Below are positions 52,226 to 62,227 of a DNA stretch of 64,000 nucleotides, in pieces (positions within the stretch are counted from its first letter, which is position 1; every line of letters begins with the position of its first letter). This DNA is from Desulfatiglandales bacterium (GTDB lineage Bacteria; Desulfobacterota; DSM-4660; Desulfatiglandales; Desulfatiglandaceae): the NCBI GenBank assembly GCA_963662465.1, contig OY759599.1, positions 7,456,001-7,520,000 on the forward strand, given 5' to 3'. Below the pieces are notes generated by a model. The model did not search any database. It was given only the letters and a program-made list of their open reading frames with translations, and was not told where the DNA came from. Both the position numbers and the translations under genes were made by a program.

Positions 52226-52504
52226 TTTTCAAACCTCCCATTATCGTATTGATTGAACGATCATTTCCGTTTAAAAACCCACTTGTCGAGCATCTCGAAC
52301 ACCCGTCCCCCCATATTTCCGGTTTCAATGGGCAGATCTAGCACAGGACGGGGATTCGGATCAAGTTATGAATCTTCACCCTCTTGGAAAGAATTTAACC
52401 GTGAGTGAGAATCGGAACTTGATTCCATGGGGGTGTCTGTCATATGAATGGGGTGTATTTGTTTTCAGATGCATTTAAAAGAAGAAAAGATAGAGGATTA
52501 ATCT

Positions 52505-53275
52505 ATGAAAGGACTTGGATCAGCCATTAGAACCCTGACCATTCTGCCGTGCCGGGGTGGAGAAGATGAAAGCCTTGCGGACAGTCTTTACTGGTTTGTG
52601 GGGGTGGGGTTTGGCTTGGGGTTGGTGCTTTTTGCCGTTGGCGCCCTGTGGCAGTGGATTTTACCGACGCAATGGCCCCTGGGTGGGGCTGTTTTGCTGG
52701 TGGCGCTGGAGGTGTTCCTGACCCGGGGGCTTCATCTGGACGGGTTGGCGGACTGGGCCGATTCCATCGGCGGGTTTGGTCGACAACGGCGGTTAATTAT
52801 CATGAAGGATGTGTCCCTGGGCGCTTTCGGGTCCCTGGCCCTGATTCTGGATGTGGTTTTTCGGGTGGTGATGATTGAGCGACTCATCTCCTCGGGTTCC
52901 CTCATATGGATACTGGCGGTCAGCGCCATTTCAAGGGATATGATGGTGGGGTTGATTACCACGCTTCCCTACGCCCGTGTCGGGGAAGGGATGGCCGGTC
53001 CTTTTGTGGTTGGCGCTTCCAAAGAGCACTGGTTTTTTTCCCATTGCCTCTGCCTGATGGTGTGCCTGCTTTTCGGACCGTTGGGGGTGGGCCTGTTCCT
53101 TCTGGGATGGGGTTTTACAAAGTTATACGGAAAAAGGTGCCTGAGAGAGTTCGGGGGCATTACCGGGGATCTTCTGGGAACCGCCAATGAGATGGTAAGC
53201 CTTCTTTTGCTGCTGCTCTGCGCGGCCTGGGGAGAGTCAATTATGTCGGTGACCGGTTGGTTCTGGCTGAGATAA
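52505..53275 (+). CDS. cobS: Adenosylcobinamide-GDP ribazoletransferase
   Basis: GLHLDGLADWAD, IMKD..GAFG, GGITGDLLG. Confidence 0.93.
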   Translation: MKGLGSAIRTLTILPCRGGEDESLADSLYWFVGVGFGLGLVLFAVGALWQWILPTQWPLGGAVLLVALEVFLTRGLHLDGLADWADSIGGFGRQRRLIIMKDVSLGAFGSLALILDVVFRVVMIERLISSGSLIWILAVSAISRDMMVGLITTLPYARVGEGMAGPFVVGASKEHWFFSHCLCLMVCLLFGPLGVGLFLLGWGFTKLYGKRCLREFGGITGDLLGTANEMVSLLLLLLCAAWGESIMSVTGWFWLR

Positions 53276-53293
53276 AAGATAAAAGGAATATTT

Positions 53294-54283
53294 ATGTCCA
53301 AATGGATCATGGTATTGTGGATGGGGTTTTTGCTGGATGTTTTTCTGGGAGATCCCGAATATCGGTTTCATCCCATCCGGTTGATGGGCCGCGGCATCTT
53401 TCTGGGGGAGAGATGGTTGCGAAGGCTGGGGCTTGCCGGTCGGTCAGGCGGGGGCTTTCTTGCCCTGGCGCTTGTAGGGGTGACGCTTTCGGTTTTTTTG
53501 CTCTTATCGTGGATGTTGAACGCCGTTTTTTGGCCGTTGGCATTTCTTTTTCAGGTGTTTGTTTGTTTCTCCTGCCTGGCCCTGCGGGACTTGATGGCGC
53601 ATCTGGATCCCGTGGTGGATGCCCTTGAAGCAGGGGATCTCGATTCCGCCAGGCTGAGTGTGGCAAGGGTCGTGGGTCGTGATGTTTCGTCCCTGGACGA
53701 AAAGGGGGTGGTTCGGGCAGCAGTGGAAACCCTGGCCGAGAATTTTATTGATGGTTTTATTTCGCCTCTTTTCTGGTATATGTTGGGGGGCTTGTTGGGG
53801 TTGCTGCTGAACGTTGATCCCCTCAAACCGGCCCTTTGTTTTATGCTGGTTTTCAAAGTCGCCAGTACCATGGATTCCATGGTAGGCTACCAAAACGAGC
53901 AATATGAAGCTTTCGGATGGGCCGGGGCAAAACTGGATGACATCATGAATTTCGTTCCGGCGCGGCTTTCCTTGGTTTTTCTCTTCCTGGGAGCTATGTT
54001 CACCGGACTCAATGGGGTTCGAGGTTTGAAAATCGGTTTTCGGGACCGGTTGAAGCATGATTCTCCCAATGCGGCTCATGGGGAAAGCTTTGTGGCGGGC
54101 GCCTTGGGCCTTCGTCTGGGCGGTCCCACAAGCTATGAAAACGTTATTAAGGATAAACCCTGGTTGGGTGAGAGCTTGAAGGAGCCGAGCCCTTCGGACG
54201 TCGTGAAAACCATGTGGCGCCTCTGTTGTTCCGCTTGGATTGCGATGGTTTTTTCAACCGCTGCACTGTTTTGGATCTCCTGA
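53294..54283 (+). CDS. cbiB: Adenosylcobinamide-phosphate synthase
   Basis: GDP..HPI, VGRD, ETLAEN..DG, DSMVGY, DD..NFVPARL, SPNA. Confidence 0.93.
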   Translation: MSKWIMVLWMGFLLDVFLGDPEYRFHPIRLMGRGIFLGERWLRRLGLAGRSGGGFLALALVGVTLSVFLLLSWMLNAVFWPLAFLFQVFVCFSCLALRDLMAHLDPVVDALEAGDLDSARLSVARVVGRDVSSLDEKGVVRAAVETLAENFIDGFISPLFWYMLGGLLGLLLNVDPLKPALCFMLVFKVASTMDSMVGYQNEQYEAFGWAGAKLDDIMNFVPARLSLVFLFLGAMFTGLNGVRGLKIGFRDRLKHDSPNAAHGESFVAGALGLRLGGPTSYENVIKDKPWLGESLKEPSPSDVVKTMWRLCCSAWIAMVFSTAALFWIS

Positions 54284-54296
54284 AAGGGACCTTTAT

Positions 54297-55484
54297 ATGT
54301 CGAAGATTTTACTCGCGGATGACGATTTTTCAATAGGGATGGAGATCGAGGAGATGCTCACGGCCCTGGGTTACGATTTCGTAGGACAGGCCGGATCAGG
54401 TCGGCAGGCGGTACAAATGGCGCGAGACCTGCGCCCCGACATGGTTCTCATGGATATTGTGATGCCGGGAGAAATGAATGGCGTCGAAGCTGCCGAGAAA
54501 ATCAAGGCGGAATTGGGTCTCCCAATCGTTTTTGTTTCCGGGTATGGAGACGTAGAATACATCGAAGCGGTAAAGCAGATAGAGCCTTTTGGCTACATCA
54601 TGAAGCCCTTTTATGAAGAGGAGATACGGGCAGCCGTTGAAATCGCGTTTTACAAAAGGAAAATGGAACTAAAACTGAAGGAAGCCAACGATCGGGTCAA
54701 ACAGCATCAGGAAATGCTGACGGTTGTCATCCATAAGAGCCCCGTCCCTATAGCGGTAGCTGGTTTGGATGGTTCCATCCTCTCTTTCAATGAAGCGCTC
54801 GTATCGTTGACTGGATACCGGCAGGAGGAGGTAAAGGATTTTGAGGATTTGGCCGCTAAACTTAATCCTGATGAGAAAGACGGGACCCTTTTATGGGAAA
54901 AAATTGGGTGGGTTCCGGTGGAAGAAACAAAGGACGCCTATGCGCTTATGATCAGGGGAAAGGATGGCGCCATAAAGAATGTGGATTTCCATGCGGCTCG
55001 TTTTGAAGACGGCGTGATTATCCAGATGGTTGATGTCACTGCCCGGAAACGTGCGGAGCAAGCGCTCAAAACTTCAGAACGACAGATGGCTCAGATTATT
55101 GATTTTCTTCCGGATGCCACATTTGTCATCGACAATGAAGGCAGGGTAGTGGCCTGGAATCGTGCCATTGAGAGGATGTCGGGGGTAAAGGCGGAAGAGA
55201 TGTTGGGAAAAGGAAACTACGAATATGCGATCCCCGGTTTCGGGGAGCGAAGGCCGATTCTGATAGACCTCGTGAGAAAATGGGATAATGAGATAGCGAA
55301 GACCTACCGGTATGTAAAGAGAGAGGATGAATGCCTTGTTTCCGAGACCTATGATTCTCTGGTTAAGCCCGGTCTCATTCTGTGGAACAAGGCCTCCTTG
55401 ATTTATGATGCCGAGGGTAAAGTCATTGGGGCTATTGAATCGATTCGGGATATTTCCGACAGGAAGGTTGCGGCGGAGGGGTGA
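54297..55484 (+). CDS. REC-PAS-PAS protein, apparently a truncated hybrid kinase
   Basis: REC (LADDD, LMDIVMPG, KPF), two PAS/PAC domains ending ESIRDISDRK; REC remnant GEPFDAVMLDL downstream at ~55540-55590. Confidence 0.75.
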   Translation: MSKILLADDDFSIGMEIEEMLTALGYDFVGQAGSGRQAVQMARDLRPDMVLMDIVMPGEMNGVEAAEKIKAELGLPIVFVSGYGDVEYIEAVKQIEPFGYIMKPFYEEEIRAAVEIAFYKRKMELKLKEANDRVKQHQEMLTVVIHKSPVPIAVAGLDGSILSFNEALVSLTGYRQEEVKDFEDLAAKLNPDEKDGTLLWEKIGWVPVEETKDAYALMIRGKDGAIKNVDFHAARFEDGVIIQMVDVTARKRAEQALKTSERQMAQIIDFLPDATFVIDNEGRVVAWNRAIERMSGVKAEEMLGKGNYEYAIPGFGERRPILIDLVRKWDNEIAKTYRYVKREDECLVSETYDSLVKPGLILWNKASLIYDAEGKVIGAIESIRDISDRKVAAEG

Positions 55485-55598
55485 GGACTGTGCTAAAGCG
55501 GGCTATGCCCCATGGCGGGCTTCTTCATGAGTATGAATTCAGGCGAACCCTTTGACGCGGTTATGCTGGATCTGTCGATTAAGAGTGGAAGCCAGGAA

Positions 55599-58241
55599 TC
55601 AACGTGCTAGTTTTTTTTCCAGTGTTTCAATGATTTCCCTCAACCGGTTTTCATCTTCCATTTTCTGACCTTCCAGATCCCGGACGTAAAAAATGTCCGC
55701 AACCTGATCTCCTTTGGTGGCGATTTTGGCAATCCGGATATCCAACCCCAGTTCGAAAAGGGTTCGGGTGAGGCGGTACAGGAGTCCCACGCGATCATCG
55801 GCAAACACTTCGATGAGAGTGAAAAAGTCGGAGGCTCTATTATTCAGGATGATTTTTGGCGGCAGTGACGGTTTTTTGGGTACATCCAGAATGGATGGGG
55901 TTTCCTTTTCCTGAATCCGATCTTCCAGTGATAATGCGCCTGTGAAGATGTCTTCCACATCTTTTTTGACCTTTTCCCATACTTCACGGGACCTGCGGGG
56001 ATCGGGATGGGGGGTTGCCTTGAAGATATCGACCGCTGTGCCGTCTCCCCAGGTATAGATGTTGGCAGCCACCACGTTCACATTATTGATGGCCAGGGCC
56101 CCGGCGATTCGGGAAAAAATTCCCGGTTGGTCACGGGACAGAAAGGTAATGTCCACGCAGCTTTCCATCTCATTTTCCTTGATTTCAAGGGCAAAGTTCG
56201 GAACTTTTTCATTTTCCGGGTACTCCGCCAGGTCTTTTAGCATCTTAACATGGTGGATGATTTCATGGGGTGTGCAGTTCAGGAGATATCGGGGCGACAT
56301 GGCCGAAAAAAGCGCGTTCTGCTCTGATTCTTTCAAGGCGGGAAAGGCTTTTCGAACCTTTAACAGGGTTTCGTCGGCCTTGTCGGATGCGTCGCGGGTG
56401 GCCAGCTCTTCTCCCAGAAAGATGTTGAGAATTTTGAAAAAGAGTTCCTGCATCAGGTTTGCCGTCCAGGTATTCCAGGCCCGGGGACCCGTTGCCCGGG
56501 CATCCGCCCATGACAACACATAGAGCATTTTAAGTTTAGCAATATCACGGATGGTGCGTGCACATTGAACAATGACTTTTTCATCGCGCAGATCCCTTCT
56601 CGTTGCGGTTTCCACCAGCAGATGATGGTGTCGGATGAGGAAGAGGGTCTGTTCTGCTTCAACTTTGGGATAATTAAAGCGTTTCAGAAGGGTTTCCGCA
56701 ATTTCAGCGCCCTTTTGTGCATGATTTTTTTCGGTTTTCCCCATGTCGTGAAGGAGTCCTGCCAGGAAAAGGGGTTCCGGGTCGGGCAGGTCGCTGAAGA
56801 TATCCACCAGAAGAATGTCTTTTCCCCCGGCCAGTGTCTTCAAATGCCTGACGGTTTCCAGCGAATGCCGTCCCACCGGAAAAATGTGGTAGGCATCAAA
56901 TTGCACCCGATCTCTTATTCTCGAAAATTCAGGTATAAAGGCTTCAAGGAACCCTGTTTCAAACATTTTGTCGAGGGCTTCAAAGGCCTTTTTGTTATTG
57001 AGGATGTTCAGGAAGGATTCAGCCATGTGTTCGGAGGCCCTGAATTTATCGTCCACCAGGAAGAGAAATTCTCGAATCAACCTTTCGGTTTCCATGGAAA
57101 GGGGCTCGCCGGATCGGGCCATTTGCTCAAATATGTTTATCAGGAGAAACGGTTTTGAGAGAATGGCCGTGGCTGAGTCAAACCGGATCTTGCCGTCCCG
57201 GATGCTTAATCCCTCGTATGGCGGTTGTTGTGAATCGTCCGTTTCGGGGGAGGCGGAAGTATGTTGCGGTGGGAGATGGGCTGCCGCAAAAGAACGATTC
57301 AGGGTCTTGATGGTTGCCATGGCGCGATGGAGTTGCCCCATAAATTGTTCAACGGCCAGGAAGCTGCCTTTATCGCGATATCCCAGCCACCGGGCGATAT
57401 TTTCCTGGAATTCAAAGCTGAGCCGGTCGTTTTTCCTGCCGGCCAACTGATGCAGCCTGTTTCGAACCAGTCCGATAAATCCGAGATCTTTTTTGAGTGC
57501 CCCGTATTCCCTGTGGGACAGTTTCCCATGGTATTCCAAATCTTTGGGGGTTATCAGCTCAAAAAGCGCTTTTGCGTGCCACAGCATCTCATGATAGTCC
57601 CTAAGCCCACCGATGCCTTCCTTAAGGTCTGGTTCAAGGAGATGGCTGGCGTCTCCAAAGACTTCCATACGGATTTTGTGGTTGTTTTCCAGCCATCGAG
57701 AGATTTCCACTGCTTTTCTGGCGGCTATTTTTTTGTGAAGGGATTCCATGAGGGAGAGGTAGATGGGGGAATTCCCGCATATGAATCGGGCGTCCATGAT
57801 GGATGTCAATACTTCAAAATCATTTTTGGAAAGGTTAATGCAATCTTTAACCGTGCGAACGCCGTACCCCAGGTCCAGGCCAAGATCCCACAGGGGATAG
57901 AAAAATTCCTCAGCCAGTTCTTTTGCCAAAGGGGGTATTTTTGATCTAAACAGGATGAGGATATCGATGTCCGAATGAAAGTTGAGTTCCCCACGTCCAT
58001 ATCCGCCAACGGCCAAAATGGCAAAGGGGATCCGTTTTTTGAACAAACCATGTCCCGCCGTGCTGTTCTGATGGGTCTGCCTGAAATATTGGTCCACTAT
58101 TTCAGAGTATGCTTCTGAAAAGCCATGGGGTGAACTTGCATTTTCAAACTGCAAGGCCAGGGCCTGTCTGGAATCCTCAAGTGCTCTGGATGCCGATGTT
58201 TTTTCGATGTTTTGATTCGGTGTGCATTTTTTCGCCAACAT
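55599..58241 (-). CDS. glnD: [Protein-PII] uridylyltransferase
   Basis: AVGGYGRGEL..SDIDIL, EPDLKEG.GGLRD, LLHDMGK HD motif, two ACT domains. Confidence 0.95.
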   Translation of the reverse strand: MLAKKCTPNQNIEKTSASRALEDSRQALALQFENASSPHGFSEAYSEIVDQYFRQTHQNSTAGHGLFKKRIPFAILAVGGYGRGELNFHSDIDILILFRSKIPPLAKELAEEFFYPLWDLGLDLGYGVRTVKDCINLSKNDFEVLTSIMDARFICGNSPIYLSLMESLHKKIAARKAVEISRWLENNHKIRMEVFGDASHLLEPDLKEGIGGLRDYHEMLWHAKALFELITPKDLEYHGKLSHREYGALKKDLGFIGLVRNRLHQLAGRKNDRLSFEFQENIARWLGYRDKGSFLAVEQFMGQLHRAMATIKTLNRSFAAAHLPPQHTSASPETDDSQQPPYEGLSIRDGKIRFDSATAILSKPFLLINIFEQMARSGEPLSMETERLIREFLFLVDDKFRASEHMAESFLNILNNKKAFEALDKMFETGFLEAFIPEFSRIRDRVQFDAYHIFPVGRHSLETVRHLKTLAGGKDILLVDIFSDLPDPEPLFLAGLLHDMGKTEKNHAQKGAEIAETLLKRFNYPKVEAEQTLFLIRHHHLLVETATRRDLRDEKVIVQCARTIRDIAKLKMLYVLSWADARATGPRAWNTWTANLMQELFFKILNIFLGEELATRDASDKADETLLKVRKAFPALKESEQNALFSAMSPRYLLNCTPHEIIHHVKMLKDLAEYPENEKVPNFALEIKENEMESCVDITFLSRDQPGIFSRIAGALAINNVNVVAANIYTWGDGTAVDIFKATPHPDPRRSREVWEKVKKDVEDIFTGALSLEDRIQEKETPSILDVPKKPSLPPKIILNNRASDFFTLIEVFADDRVGLLYRLTRTLFELGLDIRIAKIATKGDQVADIFYVRDLEGQKMEDENRLREIIETLEKKLAR

Positions 58242-58315
58242 GGCAAAGTCTCCTTGCTGCTTTCACTGTCTTAAATGTGGGAAGGTTTTCACCCTCTGGT
58301 TAAAAAGTAATCCAC

Positions 58316-58331
58316 TGCAACTGGCGTGCCA
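58316..58331 (-). promoter_or_regulatory. Sigma-54 promoter upstream of glnD
   Basis: Minus strand TGGCAC-GCCAG-TTGCA, a perfect consensus about 75 bp upstream of the start. Confidence 0.8.
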
Positions 58332-58403
58332 TTGCCGGTTCTCGCCCAAAAGAGCCTTACGGATGAATTTTGCGTTGTATATTCATCAAGAAAAACATAC
58401 GAT

Positions 58404-58431
58404 AGTTTTAAGTTTTAGGTCTTAAGTTTTA
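58404..58431. repeat. (AGTTTTA)-type heptamer array
   Basis: Four imperfect tandem copies in the glnD-glmS divergent region. Confidence 0.55.
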
Positions 58432-58504
58432 CGTTGTTCCGTCAATGAATTTCTTGTTTTTCGTGACAGGTTTTTAGAAAATAAGGTACGAAGGAGATTT
58501 TTAT

Positions 58505-60331
58505 ATGTGTGGTATTATTTGCTACGTGGGACAGAAAAGCGCAAAACCAATTCTGCTGGAAGGACTGAAACGACTTGAATATCGAGGGTACGATTCGGCG
58601 GGTCTGGCAGTGCAAAATGGGAATGAAATTTCCTGTTATCGAGAACTGGGAAAAATTGCGAGTCTGGAAGCCCTGGTGGATGGTCAGCTCATGGAAGGGA
58701 CCAGCGGTATTGCCCACACCCGGTGGGCTACCCACGGTGAACCCTCGGTTGCAAACGCCCATCCCCAGCGGGATGAGAAAGAAAACGTTTTTGTCATTCA
58801 TAACGGCATTATCGAGAACTACCACATCCTGAAAAAGCAACTGGAAAAAAAAGGCATTACGTTCAGATCCGAGACCGATACCGAAGTCCTGGCGCAGTTG
58901 ATCGCCCTTTACTTTGACGGCGACCTGGCCGATGCCGTGAGAAAAACCATGGGGCAGGTGGAAGGGACCTTCGGTCTGGGCGTCATTCACCGGTATGTTC
59001 CCGGTCAGATCGTTGTGGCCAGACGGGGAAGTCCCCTCATTATCGGCGTCAGTGATGATGGCCATTTTGTGGCCTCCGATGTGTCGGCCATGGTGCGCTA
59101 CACCAATAAGGTGGTGCATCTTCAGGAAAACGAGTTGGCCACGATTACCGCGGATGATTTTTCCATTTCCACGGCCCAGGCCCTACCCATTGTGCGAAGC
59201 ACGGAAACCGTTGAATGGCGTGCCGAAGATGCGGAATTGAATGGATTTCCCCACTTCATGCTGAAGGAGATTTACGAACAAGCCCACACCATTAAGGATG
59301 CATTCCGGGGTCGATTGGAACCGGGTGAAGGGGTTCCCAAACTGGGTGGGATTATGCCCGTTTGGGAGGATCTCAAAAATTGTCGTCATATGGTTTTGGT
59401 GGCGTGCGGCACCTCTTATTATGCGGCCTGTGTGGGAAAGTACATCTTTGAAAAACTAACTGAAATTGATACGGAAGTGGGGCTGGCTTCCGAGTTTCGG
59501 TATCGAAAATTGAATTTCCCCCCCAACACTTTCGTAGTCGCCATCAGCCAGTCAGGGGAAACAGCGGATACCCTTGCCGCCATCAGGGAAGCAAAACGGA
59601 AAGGCGCCCGCCTCCTCGGCATCGTCAACGTGGTGGGCAGTTCCATCTCCCGGGAAACGGATGCGGGTATCTATAACCACGCAGGTCCTGAAATCGGCGT
59701 GGCCTCCACCAAAAATTTCACCTCCCAACTGACCATCCTTACCCTGCTGGCCTTGCTTCTGGGACGACATCAGCATCTCTCTCTTACTGAGGGGATTCAG
59801 GCCATTCGCGCACTTGAAGCCTTGCCCGAACAGGTGCGGGAAGTGCTGGGGCAGGCCAGCCACATCGAGGCCATTGCGGAGAAATACTGCCATTGTACCA
59901 ACTGGCTTTTCCTGGGGCGAAAATACAATTACCCCGTTGCCCTGGAAGGCGCCCTGAAGCTTAAGGAAGTGTCCTATATTCACGCGGAAGGGTATGCCGC
60001 GGGAGAAATGAAGCATGGCCCCATTGCGCTGATCAATCCCGAAATGCCCACCGTGGCCATTATTCCCAATGATGAGATGTATGAAAAGATGCTCAGCAAC
60101 ATCCATGAGATCAAGAGCCGTAAAGGGCCCGTGATTGCCATTGCCACCCAGGGAGATGAAAGGGTGAGGGCTTTGGCGGACGACATCATCGAGATTCCGC
60201 CCGTCCTCGACTTTTTGAGTCCCATCCTGGCCGTGATCCCCTGCCAGTTGCTGGCTTATTACTGCGCTAAATTCCTTGAAAGGGATATCGATAAACCCCG
60301 TAACCTGGCGAAGAGTGTTACTGTGGAGTAG
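58505..60331 (+). CDS. glmS: Glutamine--fructose-6-phosphate transaminase
   Basis: MCGI, LEYRGYDSAG, HTRWATHG, SQSGETAD, PRNLAKSVTVE. Confidence 0.98.
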   Translation: MCGIICYVGQKSAKPILLEGLKRLEYRGYDSAGLAVQNGNEISCYRELGKIASLEALVDGQLMEGTSGIAHTRWATHGEPSVANAHPQRDEKENVFVIHNGIIENYHILKKQLEKKGITFRSETDTEVLAQLIALYFDGDLADAVRKTMGQVEGTFGLGVIHRYVPGQIVVARRGSPLIIGVSDDGHFVASDVSAMVRYTNKVVHLQENELATITADDFSISTAQALPIVRSTETVEWRAEDAELNGFPHFMLKEIYEQAHTIKDAFRGRLEPGEGVPKLGGIMPVWEDLKNCRHMVLVACGTSYYAACVGKYIFEKLTEIDTEVGLASEFRYRKLNFPPNTFVVAISQSGETADTLAAIREAKRKGARLLGIVNVVGSSISRETDAGIYNHAGPEIGVASTKNFTSQLTILTLLALLLGRHQHLSLTEGIQAIRALEALPEQVREVLGQASHIEAIAEKYCHCTNWLFLGRKYNYPVALEGALKLKEVSYIHAEGYAAGEMKHGPIALINPEMPTVAIIPNDEMYEKMLSNIHEIKSRKGPVIAIATQGDERVRALADDIIEIPPVLDFLSPILAVIPCQLLAYYCAKFLERDIDKPRNLAKSVTVE

Positions 60332-60356
60332 GGCTCGGTCGGAATGAAAGACATTT

Positions 60357-60525
60357 TTGTGGAACAGCTTACAAGACCGCAGGAAAAGACGACATCATCC
60401 GGGCGTTGAAGGAAGCGCTGGAGCGAAAGGAGATGATAACATGAGTACGTTGGCGGAGCAGCGGATTGAAGAGGGTGTTCAAAAGGGAATCCGGACAGGT
60501 ACAATACTGGGGTTTCGAGAAGGTG
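60357..60525 (+). pseudogene. Remnant of an Rpn-type C-terminus
   Basis: KGDDNMSTLAEQRIEEGVQKG with AAGGAG before ATG 60441. Confidence 0.5.
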
Positions 60526-60609
60526 TTAAGAAGACGGCTTTTTTCCTGATGGTTTTCCTTGTTCCGGTGTTTTCGTTGTCGTTAAACGGGTCGGAAAGAA
60601 AATCGAGGG

Positions 60610-61992
60610 ATGCTCTTTTTTTACGCCGGTCACGGTGAGACCGAAACCCTGTCCGACGGCGCCAAGATGGGTTACATCGTTCCACGGGATTGCCCCGTGT
60701 TGAAGCTGGACCCGCAGGGTTTTGCGGCACACGCCGTCAGCATGCGTGAAATCGAATCGGCATCCTTGAAGATTCGGTGCAAGCATGTCCTGATGCTCTT
60801 TGATTCCTGTTTTTCAGGGGCTCTTTTTTCCCTGGTGCGAGCGGTCCCGGACGATATCACCGAAAAAAGCCTGCTCCCCGTCCGGCAGTACATCACCGCC
60901 GGAACGGAGGAGGAAAGCGTACCCGATAAAAGCACCTTTAAACGATGTCTTATGATTGGTCTGGGCGGCAGCGCGGACCTGACGGGGGACGGCTACATCA
61001 CGGGGTCGGAACTGGGGATGTATCTGGCGGACAAGGTGGTTAACTATACCCACCGTCAGCAGCATCCCCAATACGGAAAGATCAATAACCCGGAACTGGA
61101 CCAGGGGGACTTCGTCTTTGCGCTGAAGCGTTCCGAGCCGAAGAAAATCGTTGCTCCCGCAAAAGCCCCGCCAGTGATGCAGGCATCCGCCAAACCCCAG
61201 GTTGATATGGACGCGCTTCTTGAAAAAGTCCGGCAAAAGCAGGAAGCCATCAGAAAAGCGCGAGAAGCGCTTTTGGCCAAGGCGAAAGAACTGAAGGTTG
61301 ATCTGGAAAAATACAACATGATATTGCAAGCAAAGCTGGATGAGACCCTGGAACTGGCCGCATGGGAACTGTTGGCTATGAAATACCCGGAATGGACGCA
61401 AAACGTAAAAACCGGGGATACCACTCAATTGGTTCGAAATGTATTGGCGCAAGATCCGGATGGGTTGTTTAAAAAGATTTTTGAACCCGGCGCCGGCAAA
61501 GGATACGTCAGAAGTCCTCAAAACCTGTCGAAGCATAAGCCTTCCGTTTCGACCGCGGTAAAACCCGGGGAAACAACGAGCGACGGTCGCTTTATCGCCA
61601 ATTCCGACGGAACGGTTCTGGATACCAAAACGAAGCTTATGTGGTCAAGTTCGAACTTGGATGTGCCTAATTTTAACTATGGTCATGATAATGCTGAAAA
61701 GTGTTGTACGGGGTATCGAGGGGGTGGATACTCGGACTGGCGCATGCCGACCCTTGATGAGTTGGAGGGCCTTTACGATGAAAAGGTGACCAATGAACAC
61801 GGCTATCACATAACAAAACTGATTAATGTGGGTGCCGAGCTTATCTGGGCGGATAACAATAGTTGGGGTGGGGAGGGGGCATTCAGTTTCAAAAAAGGTT
61901 CAGTGATCCCTATAGATTCTAAACCAAGTGTAGGTGGGTATTTTTATACGGATGCCAGTACAGGGGCGTTGCCGGTGCGAACTGCGAATTGA
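60610..61992 (+). CDS. Caspase-like (C14) peptidase domain (N-truncated) + coiled coil + DUF1566/Lcl C-terminal domain
   Basis: FYAGHG and FDSCFSG dyad; DGTVLDTKTKLMW, GYSDWRMPTLDEL, LPVR; in-frame stop ~60583 removes the first caspase strand. Confidence 0.75.
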   Translation: MLFFYAGHGETETLSDGAKMGYIVPRDCPVLKLDPQGFAAHAVSMREIESASLKIRCKHVLMLFDSCFSGALFSLVRAVPDDITEKSLLPVRQYITAGTEEESVPDKSTFKRCLMIGLGGSADLTGDGYITGSELGMYLADKVVNYTHRQQHPQYGKINNPELDQGDFVFALKRSEPKKIVAPAKAPPVMQASAKPQVDMDALLEKVRQKQEAIRKAREALLAKAKELKVDLEKYNMILQAKLDETLELAAWELLAMKYPEWTQNVKTGDTTQLVRNVLAQDPDGLFKKIFEPGAGKGYVRSPQNLSKHKPSVSTAVKPGETTSDGRFIANSDGTVLDTKTKLMWSSSNLDVPNFNYGHDNAEKCCTGYRGGGYSDWRMPTLDELEGLYDEKVTNEHGYHITKLINVGAELIWADNNSWGGEGAFSFKKGSVIPIDSKPSVGGYFYTDASTGALPVRTAN

Positions 61993-62151
61993 ATATTATG
62001 GTTATTTGATGATCTAGGGGGAGGAAAAACATTTTCGTATTTTTTCGGCAGGGTAATCTACGAAAGTGTGGGCCCTCATTGAATGGTAGATTCAGGTTCC
62101 GGACGGCAGCCCCCCTTATTTCCTAATAACCTGTCACAAAAAACAAGAAAA

Positions 62152-62180
62152 TCTTTGCGCCTTTGCGTCTTTGCGCGAGA
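62152..62180. repeat. (CTTTGCGY)x3 octamer array
   Basis: Three tandem copies, read directly. Confidence 0.6.
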
Positions 62181-62227
62181 TATTTTGGTTGCGGTTATCC
62201 GCGTTAGAAAGGAATATTCGTCCTATC

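Noticed and set aside
52230..52500. Cobalamin riboswitch upstream of cobS-cbiB
   Set aside because: No B12-box or other conserved riboswitch core was recognisable
61800..61992. DGR variable region in the DUF1566 C-terminus
   Set aside because: The codons do not show a consistent NNY pattern and no clear downstream hairpin was found
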